A DNA stretch of 64,000 nucleotides from Patescibacteria group bacterium (lineage in GTDB: Bacteria; Patescibacteriota; UBA1384; XYA2-FULL-43-10; 1-14-0-10-43-13), in assembly GCA_038078835.1 (NCBI GenBank), contig JBBTQI010000005.1:43901-107900 (forward strand). The letters run 5' to 3'. Positions within the stretch are counted from its first letter, which is position 1, and every line of letters starts with the position of its first letter. The notes beneath the pieces are model-generated. The model saw nothing but the letters and a program-made list of their open reading frames with translations, made no database searches and had not been told where the DNA came from. A program made the position numbers and the translations under genes. Shown piece by piece: positions 34,306 through 43,939 of this stretch.

Positions 34306-37272
34306 CTACCGAAATTTTTGGCTAGTGCGGGAGAGACCGACCCAGATCTTCTCGCCATCAATATCGTACTCCTTTTCGCCCTCCACTCGAAACTTGCCCC
34401 GATTGATGCCCTTGGCCAATATCTCCGAGGCAATCAGCTCTCCTTTCTTCTCCAAGACCTGAGTAAGCGGAGACGAACTCGTTTCGTAAAACATCATAAT
34501 CCGATCTTCTACCTCAAAACCACTCTCCTTGCGAAGAGATTGAATGTTTCGAATCAGCTCGCGCATCAAACCCTCCTGCTTTAATTCGGGAGTGATGGTA
34601 AAATCCAACTCGACATCGCCGCTCTCCTGCCAAATGACCGCCTTGACATTAACCTCTTCTTTAATTATCTCCTCTAAGTTGGCATCGAGTTTCTTGCCGC
34701 TGTAAGTTAATGACTTTAGGGGCTGGCGAATCTTAATGTTTTGTTCCGCCCGTCGGCTCAAGCCCCGCTCAACAACCTGCCGGACATTCGCCATTTCGGC
34801 CAGAATCGTGCTGTCGTAGCTTCTCTTCTTGGGAAAGTCGGTCAGATGGACCGACTCCGGATCGCTCTCTTGGCGCAAACCAAGATAAACTTTCTCGGCA
34901 AACATCGGTGTGAATGGTGCTGACAATTTCATAAATTCGCTTAAGACGTAATACAATGTCTCATAAGCAGACTTTTTATCCTCGTCATCTTCCGTTTTCC
35001 AGAAACGGCGCCGTGAACGGCGAACATACCACGTCGACAACTCGGCGACAAAATCACTCATCGCCCTTGCCGGACGATATGTTTCAAACCTGTTGAGATC
35101 CTCCGTCACCTCGCTTGCCAGTAACCGGAACCTCGCCGTTATCCAGCGATCAAGAACATTTTTGGAAACCGTTTTTCCGGCTGGGCTAAATTTATCAATC
35201 GAGGCGTACGTCACAAAAAATGAATATACGTTCCAGAGCGTCAAAAAGAAATTCCGCGACAGCGCCACCATCTCTTTGTCGGAGTAGAGCTTGGAATCAC
35301 CGGGCTGATTAACGGAGTAGAAAAACATTCTGGCCGCATCGGCGCCATACTTGTCAAAAACCTCACGCGGAAAAACAATATTCCCCTTTGACTTGGACAT
35401 CTTTTTACCATGCTCGTCGAGGAGATGCCCCAAGGAAATAACATTTTTGTAGGCAGGCTCATCACTTATAGCGGTCGAGACGGCCAGTAGAGTATAGAAC
35501 CAGCCTCTGGTCTGATCAACCGCCTCGGCGATAAAATCGGCCGGAAACTGACACGTCCTTGGCGTGTCATCCCGAGCGGTGCTGCCTGAAGTCAAGGGAT
35601 CTTTACAATCAATAAGCTCCTTGTTTTCAAAAGGATAGTGCCACTGGGCATAGGGCATCACCCCGGAATCCAGCCAAACATCCATCACCTCGGCCACCCG
35701 CTTCATTTGGCCGCCGCAGCTGCAATCAAAAACCACTTCGTCAATTTGGGGTTTGTGCGGATCAATATCGCCAACATCGCCCAAGGATGTTACAACTCTA
35801 TGTGCCTTGCACTTGCCGCACTCCCAAATCGGCAGAGGCGTTCCCCAGTAGCGGTCGCGAGAGATGGCCCAATCATTAATATTCTCCAGCCAGTTACCGA
35901 AACGACCCTCTTTGAGATGGCCGGGGATCCAGTTTATCTTTTTGTTGTTAGCCAAGAGCCTGTCGCGCAACTTGCTCATAGCAATATACCAGGAGTCGCG
36001 AGCAAAATAGAGAAGGGGCGAGTCGCAGCGCCAGCAAAAAGGATAGTCGTGAGCAATCTCTTCCCGCTTAAACAAAAGGTTTCGCTCGGTTAAATCAACT
36101 TTAATTTCGGAGTCAGCGTCCTTAACAAAACTTCCCTGCCCCGCTCCGGCCAGAAGCGTACCCTTCTCGTCAACGGTTTTTAAAACTTTTATATTATTTT
36201 TTTGATGGCCCCAAATATAGTCGTCCTCGCCAAAAGCGGGAGCGGTATGGACAACACCGGTGCCATCAGTGTCGGAGACAAAATCAGCCAAAATTAATTT
36301 GTAAATTTTCTCGCCGGCCTCGGCAAATTCCTCTCCTTCGGGATAAAGCGGTTTATAATCACGCTGATCATCTCTAGAATATTTTTCGATAACTTCCCGA
36401 CCGGAATAAGAACCAAGAATTTTTGCGCTATCTTTATCGCCCTTTAGCGCCCCGCTCAATACCTCCCCTACCCGATTCCGAGCAATGACTAATTTATCCC
36501 CCCGATATTCAACAATTTGATAGTCAATGTTCGGCCCCAAAGAGAGGGCGGCATTGCCGGGCAGTGTCCAGGGTGTTGTTGTCCAAACCAGAAAATATGT
36601 TCCGGGCTCCTTCTCTGATTCAAGTTTAACATAGACGGACTCTTCGACTACCTCTTTGTAGCCAAGCGCAACCTCGTGCGAGGAGAGAGCGGTGCCGCAA
36701 CGCGGGCAGTAAGGCACAACTTTGTGGCCCCGATACAACAGGCCCCTTTTGTCGATCTCGCCGATCGCCCACCAGACCGTCTCGATATATTTTGGGTCAT
36801 AGGTAATATAGGGGTCGGAGAGATCGAGCCAGTAGCCCATCCTCTGCGTTAGCCACTCCCACTCCGATTTGTACTTCCAAACCGATTCCCGGCAAAGCTG
36901 ATTAAATTTGGCGATTGAGGCCTTTTTGTCGCCCGGCACCAGGTTTTCGATCTCACCCTTGCCGGAGATGCCGAGTGACTTTTCAACCTCAAGCTCAACC
37001 GGCAATCCGTGCGTATCCCAGCCGGCCTTGCGCCAAACCATATAGCCTTGCATGGTTTTGTAACGGGGGAAAAGGTCCTTAAAGGAGCGCGCCTCAACAT
37101 GATGCAAGCCCGGCCGGCCGTTAGCCGTTGGCGGGCCCTCATAGAAAACAAAGTTCTTTTTGCCCTTGTTTTTGGCTAAAGATTTTTTAAAGATATCGTT
37201 CTTTTGCCAAAACTCCAGAACATCTTCCTCGGCTTTGGGCAAATCCAATTTTGGGTTAACTTTCTTGAACAT
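34306..37272 (-). CDS. ileS: Isoleucine--tRNA ligase, type 2
   Basis: YEGPPTANG, GWDTHGLP, DWAISRDRYWGTP, DQTRGWF, KMSKS. Confidence 0.97.
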   Translation of the reverse strand: MFKKVNPKLDLPKAEEDVLEFWQKNDIFKKSLAKNKGKKNFVFYEGPPTANGRPGLHHVEARSFKDLFPRYKTMQGYMVWRKAGWDTHGLPVELEVEKSLGISGKGEIENLVPGDKKASIAKFNQLCRESVWKYKSEWEWLTQRMGYWLDLSDPYITYDPKYIETVWWAIGEIDKRGLLYRGHKVVPYCPRCGTALSSHEVALGYKEVVEESVYVKLESEKEPGTYFLVWTTTPWTLPGNAALSLGPNIDYQIVEYRGDKLVIARNRVGEVLSGALKGDKDSAKILGSYSGREVIEKYSRDDQRDYKPLYPEGEEFAEAGEKIYKLILADFVSDTDGTGVVHTAPAFGEDDYIWGHQKNNIKVLKTVDEKGTLLAGAGQGSFVKDADSEIKVDLTERNLLFKREEIAHDYPFCWRCDSPLLYFARDSWYIAMSKLRDRLLANNKKINWIPGHLKEGRFGNWLENINDWAISRDRYWGTPLPIWECGKCKAHRVVTSLGDVGDIDPHKPQIDEVVFDCSCGGQMKRVAEVMDVWLDSGVMPYAQWHYPFENKELIDCKDPLTSGSTARDDTPRTCQFPADFIAEAVDQTRGWFYTLLAVSTAISDEPAYKNVISLGHLLDEHGKKMSKSKGNIVFPREVFDKYGADAARMFFYSVNQPGDSKLYSDKEMVALSRNFFLTLWNVYSFFVTYASIDKFSPAGKTVSKNVLDRWITARFRLLASEVTEDLNRFETYRPARAMSDFVAELSTWYVRRSRRRFWKTEDDEDKKSAYETLYYVLSEFMKLSAPFTPMFAEKVYLGLRQESDPESVHLTDFPKKRSYDSTILAEMANVRQVVERGLSRRAEQNIKIRQPLKSLTYSGKKLDANLEEIIKEEVNVKAVIWQESGDVELDFTITPELKQEGLMRELIRNIQSLRKESGFEVEDRIMMFYETSSSPLTQVLEKKGELIASEILAKGINRGKFRVEGEKEYDIDGEKIWVGLSRTSQKFR

Positions 37273-37328
37273 CACAATCATCAAAAATCCACAAAAAAAC
37301 GCTTGCTTGTGTTTTTATCATACTCGAA

Positions 37329-37552
37329 TCAGCCCTCTATTTCAACAGTCTTGCTCCGTGATTTCAGTCCGGAGACTATTCTTATCGAGCTTTTGGGTAC
37401 TTGATAATATTCCGATAGGGCATCGGTCACCGCTCGGTTGGCCTCTCCCTCCACCGGCTTGGCTCGCACCCACAGTTTGGCATGCCATCCAGCCCCATCT
37501 GCAACTGCTCAACCTTCGCCCCCGGCACCACTTTTATATTTATTCTCGGCAT
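37329..37552 (-). pseudogene. DUF167/YggU family gene with a 1-bp frameshift
   Basis: MPRINIKVVPGAK..LDG, then in the shifted frame KLWVRAKPVEGEANRAV..IVSGLKSRSKTVEI; span is 224 nt. Confidence 0.8.
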
Positions 37553-37639
37553 AACTACAACAACTTTGACCACTTATGGTGCGACCGCATCACAAGTGAT
37601 CATTTTGGGCCGAAAACCTTCAATAGTATTCATTTATCT

Positions 37640-38083
37640 TTACTTTCGGGTCCTAGCGGCTTCGTCCAGGGCCTCGTTGACGAGTTTGTCGGCGAGTTTG
37701 TTTTGCTCACGCGGAACGTGAATAAAAGAGATCCTTATTTTATGCGTTTGAACAAAGTTCTTAATTTTATCAATGAGTTCGCGCAAATGATCCTGCTTGA
37801 TCTTATAATTACCGCCGAGCTGTTCAACGACAAGCTTGCTGTCCAGGCGGCAGACAACCTCACCGCCATTACCGTCATTTTCCTTGAGCCACTTGCTTTT
37901 ACCCAAAATTTCACAAGCTCTAATAAGGGCTTGGTACTCCGCCTCGTTATTAGTGGCCTTGCCAATATACTCCTTGTGAGTGTGAATAATATTGCCGGCC
38001 TCATCACTAAAAACAACCCCGATCGCCGCCGGACCGGGATTGCCTCTTGAACCGCCATCTGTATTGATAAAAATAGTTTTCAT
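37640..38083 (-). CDS. rnhA: Ribonuclease HI
   Basis: TDGGSRGNPG, TNNEAEY, DSKLV, HVPREQNKLAD. Confidence 0.95.
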   Translation of the reverse strand: MKTIFINTDGGSRGNPGPAAIGVVFSDEAGNIIHTHKEYIGKATNNEAEYQALIRACEILGKSKWLKENDGNGGEVVCRLDSKLVVEQLGGNYKIKQDHLRELIDKIKNFVQTHKIRISFIHVPREQNKLADKLVNEALDEAARTRK

Positions 38084-38119
38084 GCCGCAATGAGAATACT
38101 CCCTTTCGATTATTATTCT

Positions 38120-38153
38120 ACCTCCCCTAACCCCTCCTGCTCCAGGAGGGGAA
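38120..38153. repeat. REP-like element (CCCCTAACCCCTCC..GGAGGGG family)
   Basis: Related to 6995..7032 and 43861..43891. Confidence 0.75.
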
Positions 38154-38169
38154 CTAAAATCCACGAAAA

Positions 38170-39186
38170 TTATAGGCCGAGGCCGACTTTATTCTTGACG
38201 TCTTCGAGGGTGCGCTGAGCCACGAGGGCAACCTCCTCGGCGCCGCGGTTTAAAATCTCCAGCAAACTGCTGTAATTCTCAATATACTTGTAGTAGCGCA
38301 CCTGAATCGGACGCAGGAATTCAATCACCGCTTCGGCTAGCGCCTCCTTGAACTCGGCGTAGCTTTTGCCGCTAAATTTCTTCTCAAGTTCACTGATGCT
38401 CCGACCGCTTACTTCACTGTAGATATTCAACAGGTTAGTCAGGGCCGGCTTGTCTGCATCCGCCCGCACCTCTGTGCCAGAATCGGTGACAGCTCGCTTA
38501 ATTTTATTGCGGATGGTGTCAACATCGTCGGTCAGAGCAATATAGTTGCTGGGCGAAGCGGACTTGCTCATCTTCTTTACCGGATCATCAAGACCCATTA
38601 TCCGGGCGGATTCTTTTTTAATCATCGGCTCGGGAACCGCAAAGGTCTGGCCATAGCGACTATTAAACCGTGTTGCCAGATCGCGCGTCAGCTCGACGTG
38701 CTGTTTCTGATCTTCTCCTACCGGCACGTGAGTCGTCTGATATAAAAGGATATCTGCCGCCATCAGCACCGGATAATCAAAGAGGCCGACCAAGGCGCCC
38801 TGCCGGGAAAATTGCCCGGTCTTATCCTTAAACTGCGTCATACGGCTAAGTTCGCCCATTGAGGTGAAGGTTTTTAATATCCAGGCCAGTTCGGTATGTT
38901 CGGGACGGGTTGATTGAACAAAGATATGAGACCTCTTGGGGTCGATTCCCGCTGCCAAATATATTGCCGCCACCGCCAAAATATTTTTTTTGAGCTCTTT
39001 GGGGTCTTGGGGCACAGTGATAGCATGAAGGTCGACAACACAAAATACGCACTCTGTGCGTCCCGAACTTGATTCGGGATCCATTCCGTACTTGTCCTGG
39101 AGTTCGACCCACTGCTTAATCGCTCCAAGATAGTTGCCCAGATGCAAAATCCCTGACGGCTGAATACCGGAAAAAATTCTTCTCAT
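38170..39186 (-). CDS. trpS: Tryptophan--tRNA ligase
   Basis: FSGIQPSG.LHLGNY, YPVLMAADIL, VPVGEDQ, KMSKS. Confidence 0.98.
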   Translation of the reverse strand: MRRIFSGIQPSGILHLGNYLGAIKQWVELQDKYGMDPESSSGRTECVFCVVDLHAITVPQDPKELKKNILAVAAIYLAAGIDPKRSHIFVQSTRPEHTELAWILKTFTSMGELSRMTQFKDKTGQFSRQGALVGLFDYPVLMAADILLYQTTHVPVGEDQKQHVELTRDLATRFNSRYGQTFAVPEPMIKKESARIMGLDDPVKKMSKSASPSNYIALTDDVDTIRNKIKRAVTDSGTEVRADADKPALTNLLNIYSEVSGRSISELEKKFSGKSYAEFKEALAEAVIEFLRPIQVRYYKYIENYSSLLEILNRGAEEVALVAQRTLEDVKNKVGLGL

Positions 39187-39263
39187 AGAATATTCCTCTT
39201 TGTCCAAAAACATAAATCGAAGATTTCTCTCGCCGACGGCGAATCGAAATGACTGTTATAATC

Positions 39264-39902
39264 TTAATCGTAATTTCGCGAAGTGGCAAGAGATTTGATC
39301 GTAACGGCGGCATTATCGGCAATATTTTCGCCCCTCCGAATGACCTCAACCGAAAATCCGACGAAGGGCTGGCGGGTTGCCGGCATAACCGAGGGCGCAA
39401 AACCGGACAGCCGCAATGTTGTCTCAAACTCCTCGTCAACAATCGCCGGAGTGCTGGCTACCTCGCTAATTATCGCCTGGTTAATCTGGTTTAGGGAGGA
39501 ATATTTTTTATAGCGAAGGCGGCCGGCGGAGTTTAGGTAAAAACCAACACCGTCTGAGAGCCCGACAACGAGCGCGTTGGCCTCGGTCGTCTCCGGCGCC
39601 GTATTGCCAACCGCCTGGCAACTGTTGTCGCTGCAATTTAAAATCGCCAAACCCCGAAACTCCAGCGAATGAAGGCTGAATCTTCGACTGTCGTCAGCCT
39701 GGCGAATATCGCGCGTCAGCATATCGGTAATGCGCCGAGCATTTTCCGATACTCCCCGCATTGCTTTGAGCTTGCGCTGATAGGTGATCGCCTGAGTTGT
39801 TGTCGCCGTTACCAAAACCATCATCACGGCAAAAATCGTGGCGGCAATTAATATCTCCATTAGAGTAAAGCCGGGGGTCTTTTTATGGATTTTTTGCGTC
39901 AT
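39264..39902 (-). CDS. Minor pilin (PilW/GspJ-like)
   Basis: Class III signal G-FTLME. Confidence 0.88.
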   Translation of the reverse strand: MTQKIHKKTPGFTLMEILIAATIFAVMMVLVTATTTQAITYQRKLKAMRGVSENARRITDMLTRDIRQADDSRRFSLHSLEFRGLAILNCSDNSCQAVGNTAPETTEANALVVGLSDGVGFYLNSAGRLRYKKYSSLNQINQAIISEVASTPAIVDEEFETTLRLSGFAPSVMPATRQPFVGFSVEVIRRGENIADNAAVTIKSLATSRNYD

Positions 39903-39926
39903 CTTTTTTTATGGATTTTTTGCGTC

Positions 39927-40499
39927 CTAATAGTTTGGCCGCCAGTTAGTCAAAATCTCGCTGAGACGATATGAATCACTCCGCCAGCGCACCTCGATAT
40001 CAACCCGGAGAGCATTACTGTCGCGATTTGTAATCCCCCGGGCCAAAAGGTCGCCGGCGGGTCGGCTGATTCTAACCGAACGGATAAACTCCAAGCCGTC
40101 TACTGTTGTTGCGTCCTGGTTGGCCGAACCATCGGCAATTAGATAATAGCGGTCGCCCGATAAGCGCAGATAACCGGCAATATCGCCGTCCGTTGTAATC
40201 CGGGAGAGGGCAGAGGCCTTGTCCGGCGTCAGCGAGTCCCAGCCAGTGGCGTTGTCGCCATCGATCCAGTTAGTATCTCTAATCTGCCGGACAATCTCAA
40301 TCCCCTCCCCCGCCAGGTAGGCGGCTTGAGCCCGTTCGGTCAGATGGTCGCTGGTATCCATCGCCGCCCGGCCAACTGTTACCAGTGCGCCCAGCAAAGT
40401 CATAATGATAACGGCCGAGATTAGAACTTCGAGCAGACCAAAACCGGATTTTGTCTTTAGGGGGAGGAAACTCCTTACTTTTGAATGATGATTCGCCAT
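39927..40499 (-). CDS. Minor pilin (PilV-like)
   Basis: G-FGLLE; QAAYLAGEGIEIVRQIRD. Confidence 0.88.
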   Translation of the reverse strand: MANHHSKVRSFLPLKTKSGFGLLEVLISAVIIMTLLGALVTVGRAAMDTSDHLTERAQAAYLAGEGIEIVRQIRDTNWIDGDNATGWDSLTPDKASALSRITTDGDIAGYLRLSGDRYYLIADGSANQDATTVDGLEFIRSVRISRPAGDLLARGITNRDSNALRVDIEVRWRSDSYRLSEILTNWRPNY

Positions 40500-40960
40500 G
40501 GGTCGGGCACTATTGAATAAGAAACGTTTTTATTAATCTTGGTGTCGGAGTAAATAAAGATCACTGTGCTCTCCGTTGGGCGCACGACATTGTCGAGCGC
40601 GTCTCTCAGTTGGCAAATTTGACCCGGCGAAAGACACTCCAGGCGATAATTTCCAGCCACCGACTCATTTTCGCCCAGATTTATCGCGCCCACAACCTGA
40701 GACAGATTATTGGTTAACTCGATTGTCCCGCCGGCCGCATCCGGCACCAAACGATAACTCTCGACATCTTTTTCCGGATTTTTCGCCCGCGTAATTGCCT
40801 GGGCGGCAAGCGACTCGATTTCGGCCGCGCGGTTATCGAAGCGATTCTTCTGGCCGTAATCCTCCATCGCCGGAATCGCCGCCAGGGCCATCATCACAAT
40901 AATGGCAGTTGTGATTGCCACCTCAATAAAGGTAAACCCCCTTTTCCGAACTGGACTCAT
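40475..40960 (-). CDS. Minor pilin (FimT/GspH-like)
   Basis: G-FTFIE. Confidence 0.85.
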   Translation of the reverse strand: MSPVRKRGFTFIEVAITTAIIVMMALAAIPAMEDYGQKNRFDNRAAEIESLAAQAITRAKNPEKDVESYRLVPDAAGGTIELTNNLSQVVGAINLGENESVAGNYRLECLSPGQICQLRDALDNVVRPTESTVIFIYSDTKINKNVSYSIVPDPWRIIIQK

Positions 40961-40961
40961 A

Positions 40962-41723
40962 TTAATAACCGAACAAATTATTGAAGTACCAATTAATAAT
41001 ACTCCGGCCGGAGACTAAAGCCAGAAGCATAGCAACAATCAGAAAGGGAGCAAAGGGCAGGGCATCCTTGAGCTTTTTCCCGCCAAAGGCGATTAAGCCG
41101 ACGCCAAGGACTGAGCCGAGAACAAAGGAGAGAAAGAGGCCCAAAATAACCAGGGGGTAACCCAGCAGTAAACCAAGTATGGCGCCGATCTTGATATCGC
41201 CCGACCCCATCCATCTTTCTCGGGAAACAAGTACTAAAAGACCGGGAACGCCGCCGCCAATCAAACCGCCGGCAAGAGACTGGCCAAAACCCATATTGCC
41301 AAAGTACCAGCCAAAGAGAAGTGTCAGACCAAGCGTTGCCCAAGCAAACTCCTCCGGAATAAGCTGGCGGAGAAGATCGTAGACAAAGACCACGGCCAAG
41401 AGGGCGAAGACGGCACCATAAAAAAGAAGGTGCCAGGAAAAGCCGAACTCCAGATAAAGCAGGGTGACCACCAGCGCAAAACCGGCCTCAACCAGAGGAT
41501 ATTGCCAGGAGATCGGCTGACTGCAGTGCCGGCAACGCGCTTTCAGCAAAGCAAAGGAGAGAAGCGGCACAAGATCATACCACGCCAGATTCTTTTTGCA
41601 GTTGGGGCAATGAGACCGGCCGCGCCAAATTGAATGCAGATCATCGATGCGGGCAATAACCACATTTAAAAAACTGCCGGCCGCCAAACCAAGCAAAACC
41701 GATAAAATCAAGCCGTTGTACAT
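40962..41723 (-). CDS. pilD: Prepilin peptidase
   Basis: GSFLNVVI.R, CPNC..CRHC, MGSGDIK, PFAPF. Confidence 0.96.
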   Translation of the reverse strand: MYNGLILSVLLGLAAGSFLNVVIARIDDLHSIWRGRSHCPNCKKNLAWYDLVPLLSFALLKARCRHCSQPISWQYPLVEAGFALVVTLLYLEFGFSWHLLFYGAVFALLAVVFVYDLLRQLIPEEFAWATLGLTLLFGWYFGNMGFGQSLAGGLIGGGVPGLLVLVSRERWMGSGDIKIGAILGLLLGYPLVILGLFLSFVLGSVLGVGLIAFGGKKLKDALPFAPFLIVAMLLALVSGRSIINWYFNNLFGY

Positions 41724-41783
41724 TATTTATCCTCAATTCAAAACCTGCTCAACCCCCCAGCCCCGAGGGCAATAATCAAGATA

Positions 41784-41856
41784 CAAGCTCTAGTCTAGCA
41801 GCACATTAGCAAGCTAGCATATTAGCTGATTAGCTATCTTACTAACACGCTAACCA
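41784..41856. repeat. TAGC-rich repeat, divergent family member
   Basis: TTAGCAAGCTAGCATATTAGCTGATTAGCTA. Confidence 0.7.
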
Positions 41857-41933
41857 CTGATTGGTTATTGCATCCTGGTCGTTGCCCATAGGGCTAGGGA
41901 GTCTTAGCAGGGCCTAAAATTCCGGCCTAACCT

Positions 41934-42395
41934 CTAATCGTTGCCGACATAGTAATCGGCGGTATAGCCGGTTGCGGCACCGTAGCCGGTTGGCGGAGTG
42001 GTCAACCTGTCCGGATCATTATTGTTTTCCAGGTCGGCCATAAGATAATAGTTGACCGCCGGATTGGCATCCGACTGATACGAATAGGCGGTGTCAGCAT
42101 CGGCCTGGGGATCATTCGGGATCGTCTTAATATACGGCGAGGAACCACCCGAAAGCGGAGTCGTCAGGGTAGCGGCAACAGTCGCGGCAGTCGTACTCGC
42201 AACATAGGTGCCGTTAGCCTGATCGGCAGCGTAAACCTCCAAGGCGGTTTTAAGCTGGCGCAGATCGCTCTTTCGGGTCGCGTCCCGGGCTTTAGCGCGG
42301 GCGCCGCCCAGAGCAACCAGAACCATCGACGCCAGGATGCCGATAATAGCAATAACAACCAAAAGCTCAATTAAGGTAAAACCCTTTTTGTTCAT
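41934..42395 (-). CDS. Major type IV pilin (PilA/GspG-like)
   Basis: [30 protein letters not shown]; strong RBS AAAGGAG. Confidence 0.92.
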   Translation of the reverse strand: MNKKGFTLIELLVVIAIIGILASMVLVALGGARAKARDATRKSDLRQLKTALEVYAADQANGTYVASTTAATVAATLTTPLSGGSSPYIKTIPNDPQADADTAYSYQSDANPAVNYYLMADLENNNDPDRLTTPPTGYGAATGYTADYYVGND

Positions 42396-42551
42396 TGTCT
42401 CCTCCTTTTCATTCTAAATTCCAGGACTGTATCGACCTACCCTCCTGCCAGCCGCGTTTGACGCGGCACTCAGGAGAACAATCCTCGATACTTAATAAAA
42501 CACGATTTGTATTTGGTAGTTTGTATTTAGTAATTACGCTTGATGTGCAAT

Positions 42552-42580
42552 TGTCATCCCCGACCCGATCGGGGATGACA
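42552..42580. repeat. REP-like palindrome
   Basis: TGTCATCCCCGACCCGATCGGGGATGACA. Confidence 0.8.
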
Positions 42581-42624
42581 GATTAAGGGAGAGGTTTGGT
42601 ATTTTGTATTCAGGTGATACGTGA

Positions 42625-43821
42625 TCACTGTATCTGAGCCAGGTTATAGATGGGCACAAGAATAGCAAAGACCAGGAAAGCAACACCAATACCTATTATA
42701 ACTAAAACAACCGGTTCAATCAAAGTGGATATCGTCTTAATGCGGTTAGACGTGTCCTCCTCAAAGTAATCGGCCACTCGCCCGAGCACCTTGTCGAGCT
42801 GGCCCGTCTCCTCGCCAACCGCAACCATCTGGCCGAGCATTTGAGGAAAAACGGGATTTTTGATCAGTTCGGTCGAAAGCGGCACCCCCCGCTCAATCCG
42901 GGTAATCATATTAAGAATGCTCTCTTCGTAGATCTCATTATTCACAATTGTAGCACTAGTCCGCAAAGAGTCCAAGAGGGAAACGCCAGCGCCAATAAGC
43001 ATCTCCAAGACACGAGAAAAACGACCGATATAGATGCCCTCAATAAATTTTCCCAGGACAGGCACCTCGATTTTGGCCAAATTGACGGTTCTCGATCCTG
43101 ACTCCGAAGCAAGCCAAAGCCGCAAAACCAGGCCGATGATCAGCAAAACAATCAACAGGGCCCACCAGTAAACAACAAAGAAATCCGAAATCGCCAAGAG
43201 CATCCGGGTCGCCAGCGGCAGTGTTGCCTGCGCCTGCTCAAACATCTGTTTTAGCTGCGGCACAATCGTCATAAGCATATAAACAGCGACACCAATCATT
43301 GCCAGGAGTAAAAAGACGGGATAATACAAAACGCTCTTTATGCAATTGGTAAAGGAGTGCTGCTTCTCCAGCTGATTCGCCAACTGATTCAAAACCACAT
43401 CCAACCGGCCGGTTGTTTCGCCGGAGTTAATAACGCTGACAAAAACACGGTCAAAAGCCTCGGGGTGCTTGGCAAGAGCGCGCGAGAAACTCGCCCCCTC
43501 CTCAAGATCACGGTAGAGGTCGTGATAGATGCGACGCAAACGCTCGTTTTGGGCTTGAGCCGCCACAATCGTAAGCGCCTTGGTCAGCGGCAATCCGGCC
43601 GATATCATCGTGGAGAGCAAGCGGGCAAAAATCGCTTTGTCGCGCAAAGTGATGCGCCGGCCAAACGGCAAAATAAAGCGGTGCCTCTCTGCCGCCACAA
43701 CCTCCAGGGGGACAAGGCTATGATGAAGCAGGATTTGCTCCGCGTCGGATTGACCGGGAGCCTTAACGGTCCCGGTAACGACTTCTCCCTTGCTGTCTTT
43801 TGCTTTATATAAAAATCTCAT
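42625..43821 (-). CDS. pilC: Type IV pilus platform protein
   Basis: Two GspF domains; GETTGRLD, GEETGQLD, LIEP. Confidence 0.95.
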   Translation of the reverse strand: MRFLYKAKDSKGEVVTGTVKAPGQSDAEQILLHHSLVPLEVVAAERHRFILPFGRRITLRDKAIFARLLSTMISAGLPLTKALTIVAAQAQNERLRRIYHDLYRDLEEGASFSRALAKHPEAFDRVFVSVINSGETTGRLDVVLNQLANQLEKQHSFTNCIKSVLYYPVFLLLAMIGVAVYMLMTIVPQLKQMFEQAQATLPLATRMLLAISDFFVVYWWALLIVLLIIGLVLRLWLASESGSRTVNLAKIEVPVLGKFIEGIYIGRFSRVLEMLIGAGVSLLDSLRTSATIVNNEIYEESILNMITRIERGVPLSTELIKNPVFPQMLGQMVAVGEETGQLDKVLGRVADYFEEDTSNRIKTISTLIEPVVLVIIGIGVAFLVFAILVPIYNLAQIQ

Positions 43822-43838
43822 CGCACTACGTGCTCCAG

Positions 43839-43935
43839 AAATGGATGACTAATATTCATACCCCATCCAACTTCCCCTATCTCAGGGGGAAGAGCCATTC
43901 GTTATTCGCCATTTGGTTAATTCGTTATCCGTTTT
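43839..43935. repeat. 8-mer inverted repeat with a nested CTTCCCCT..AGGGGGAAG hairpin
   Basis: GGATGACTAAT[CCCCATCCAACTTCCCCTATCTCAGGGGGAAG]ATTCGTTATCC. Confidence 0.65.
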
Positions 43936-43939
43936 TGTT

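Noticed and set aside
37160-38050. 296-aa plus-strand ORF
   Set aside because: Antisense shadow across ileS, the DUF167 gene and rnhA.
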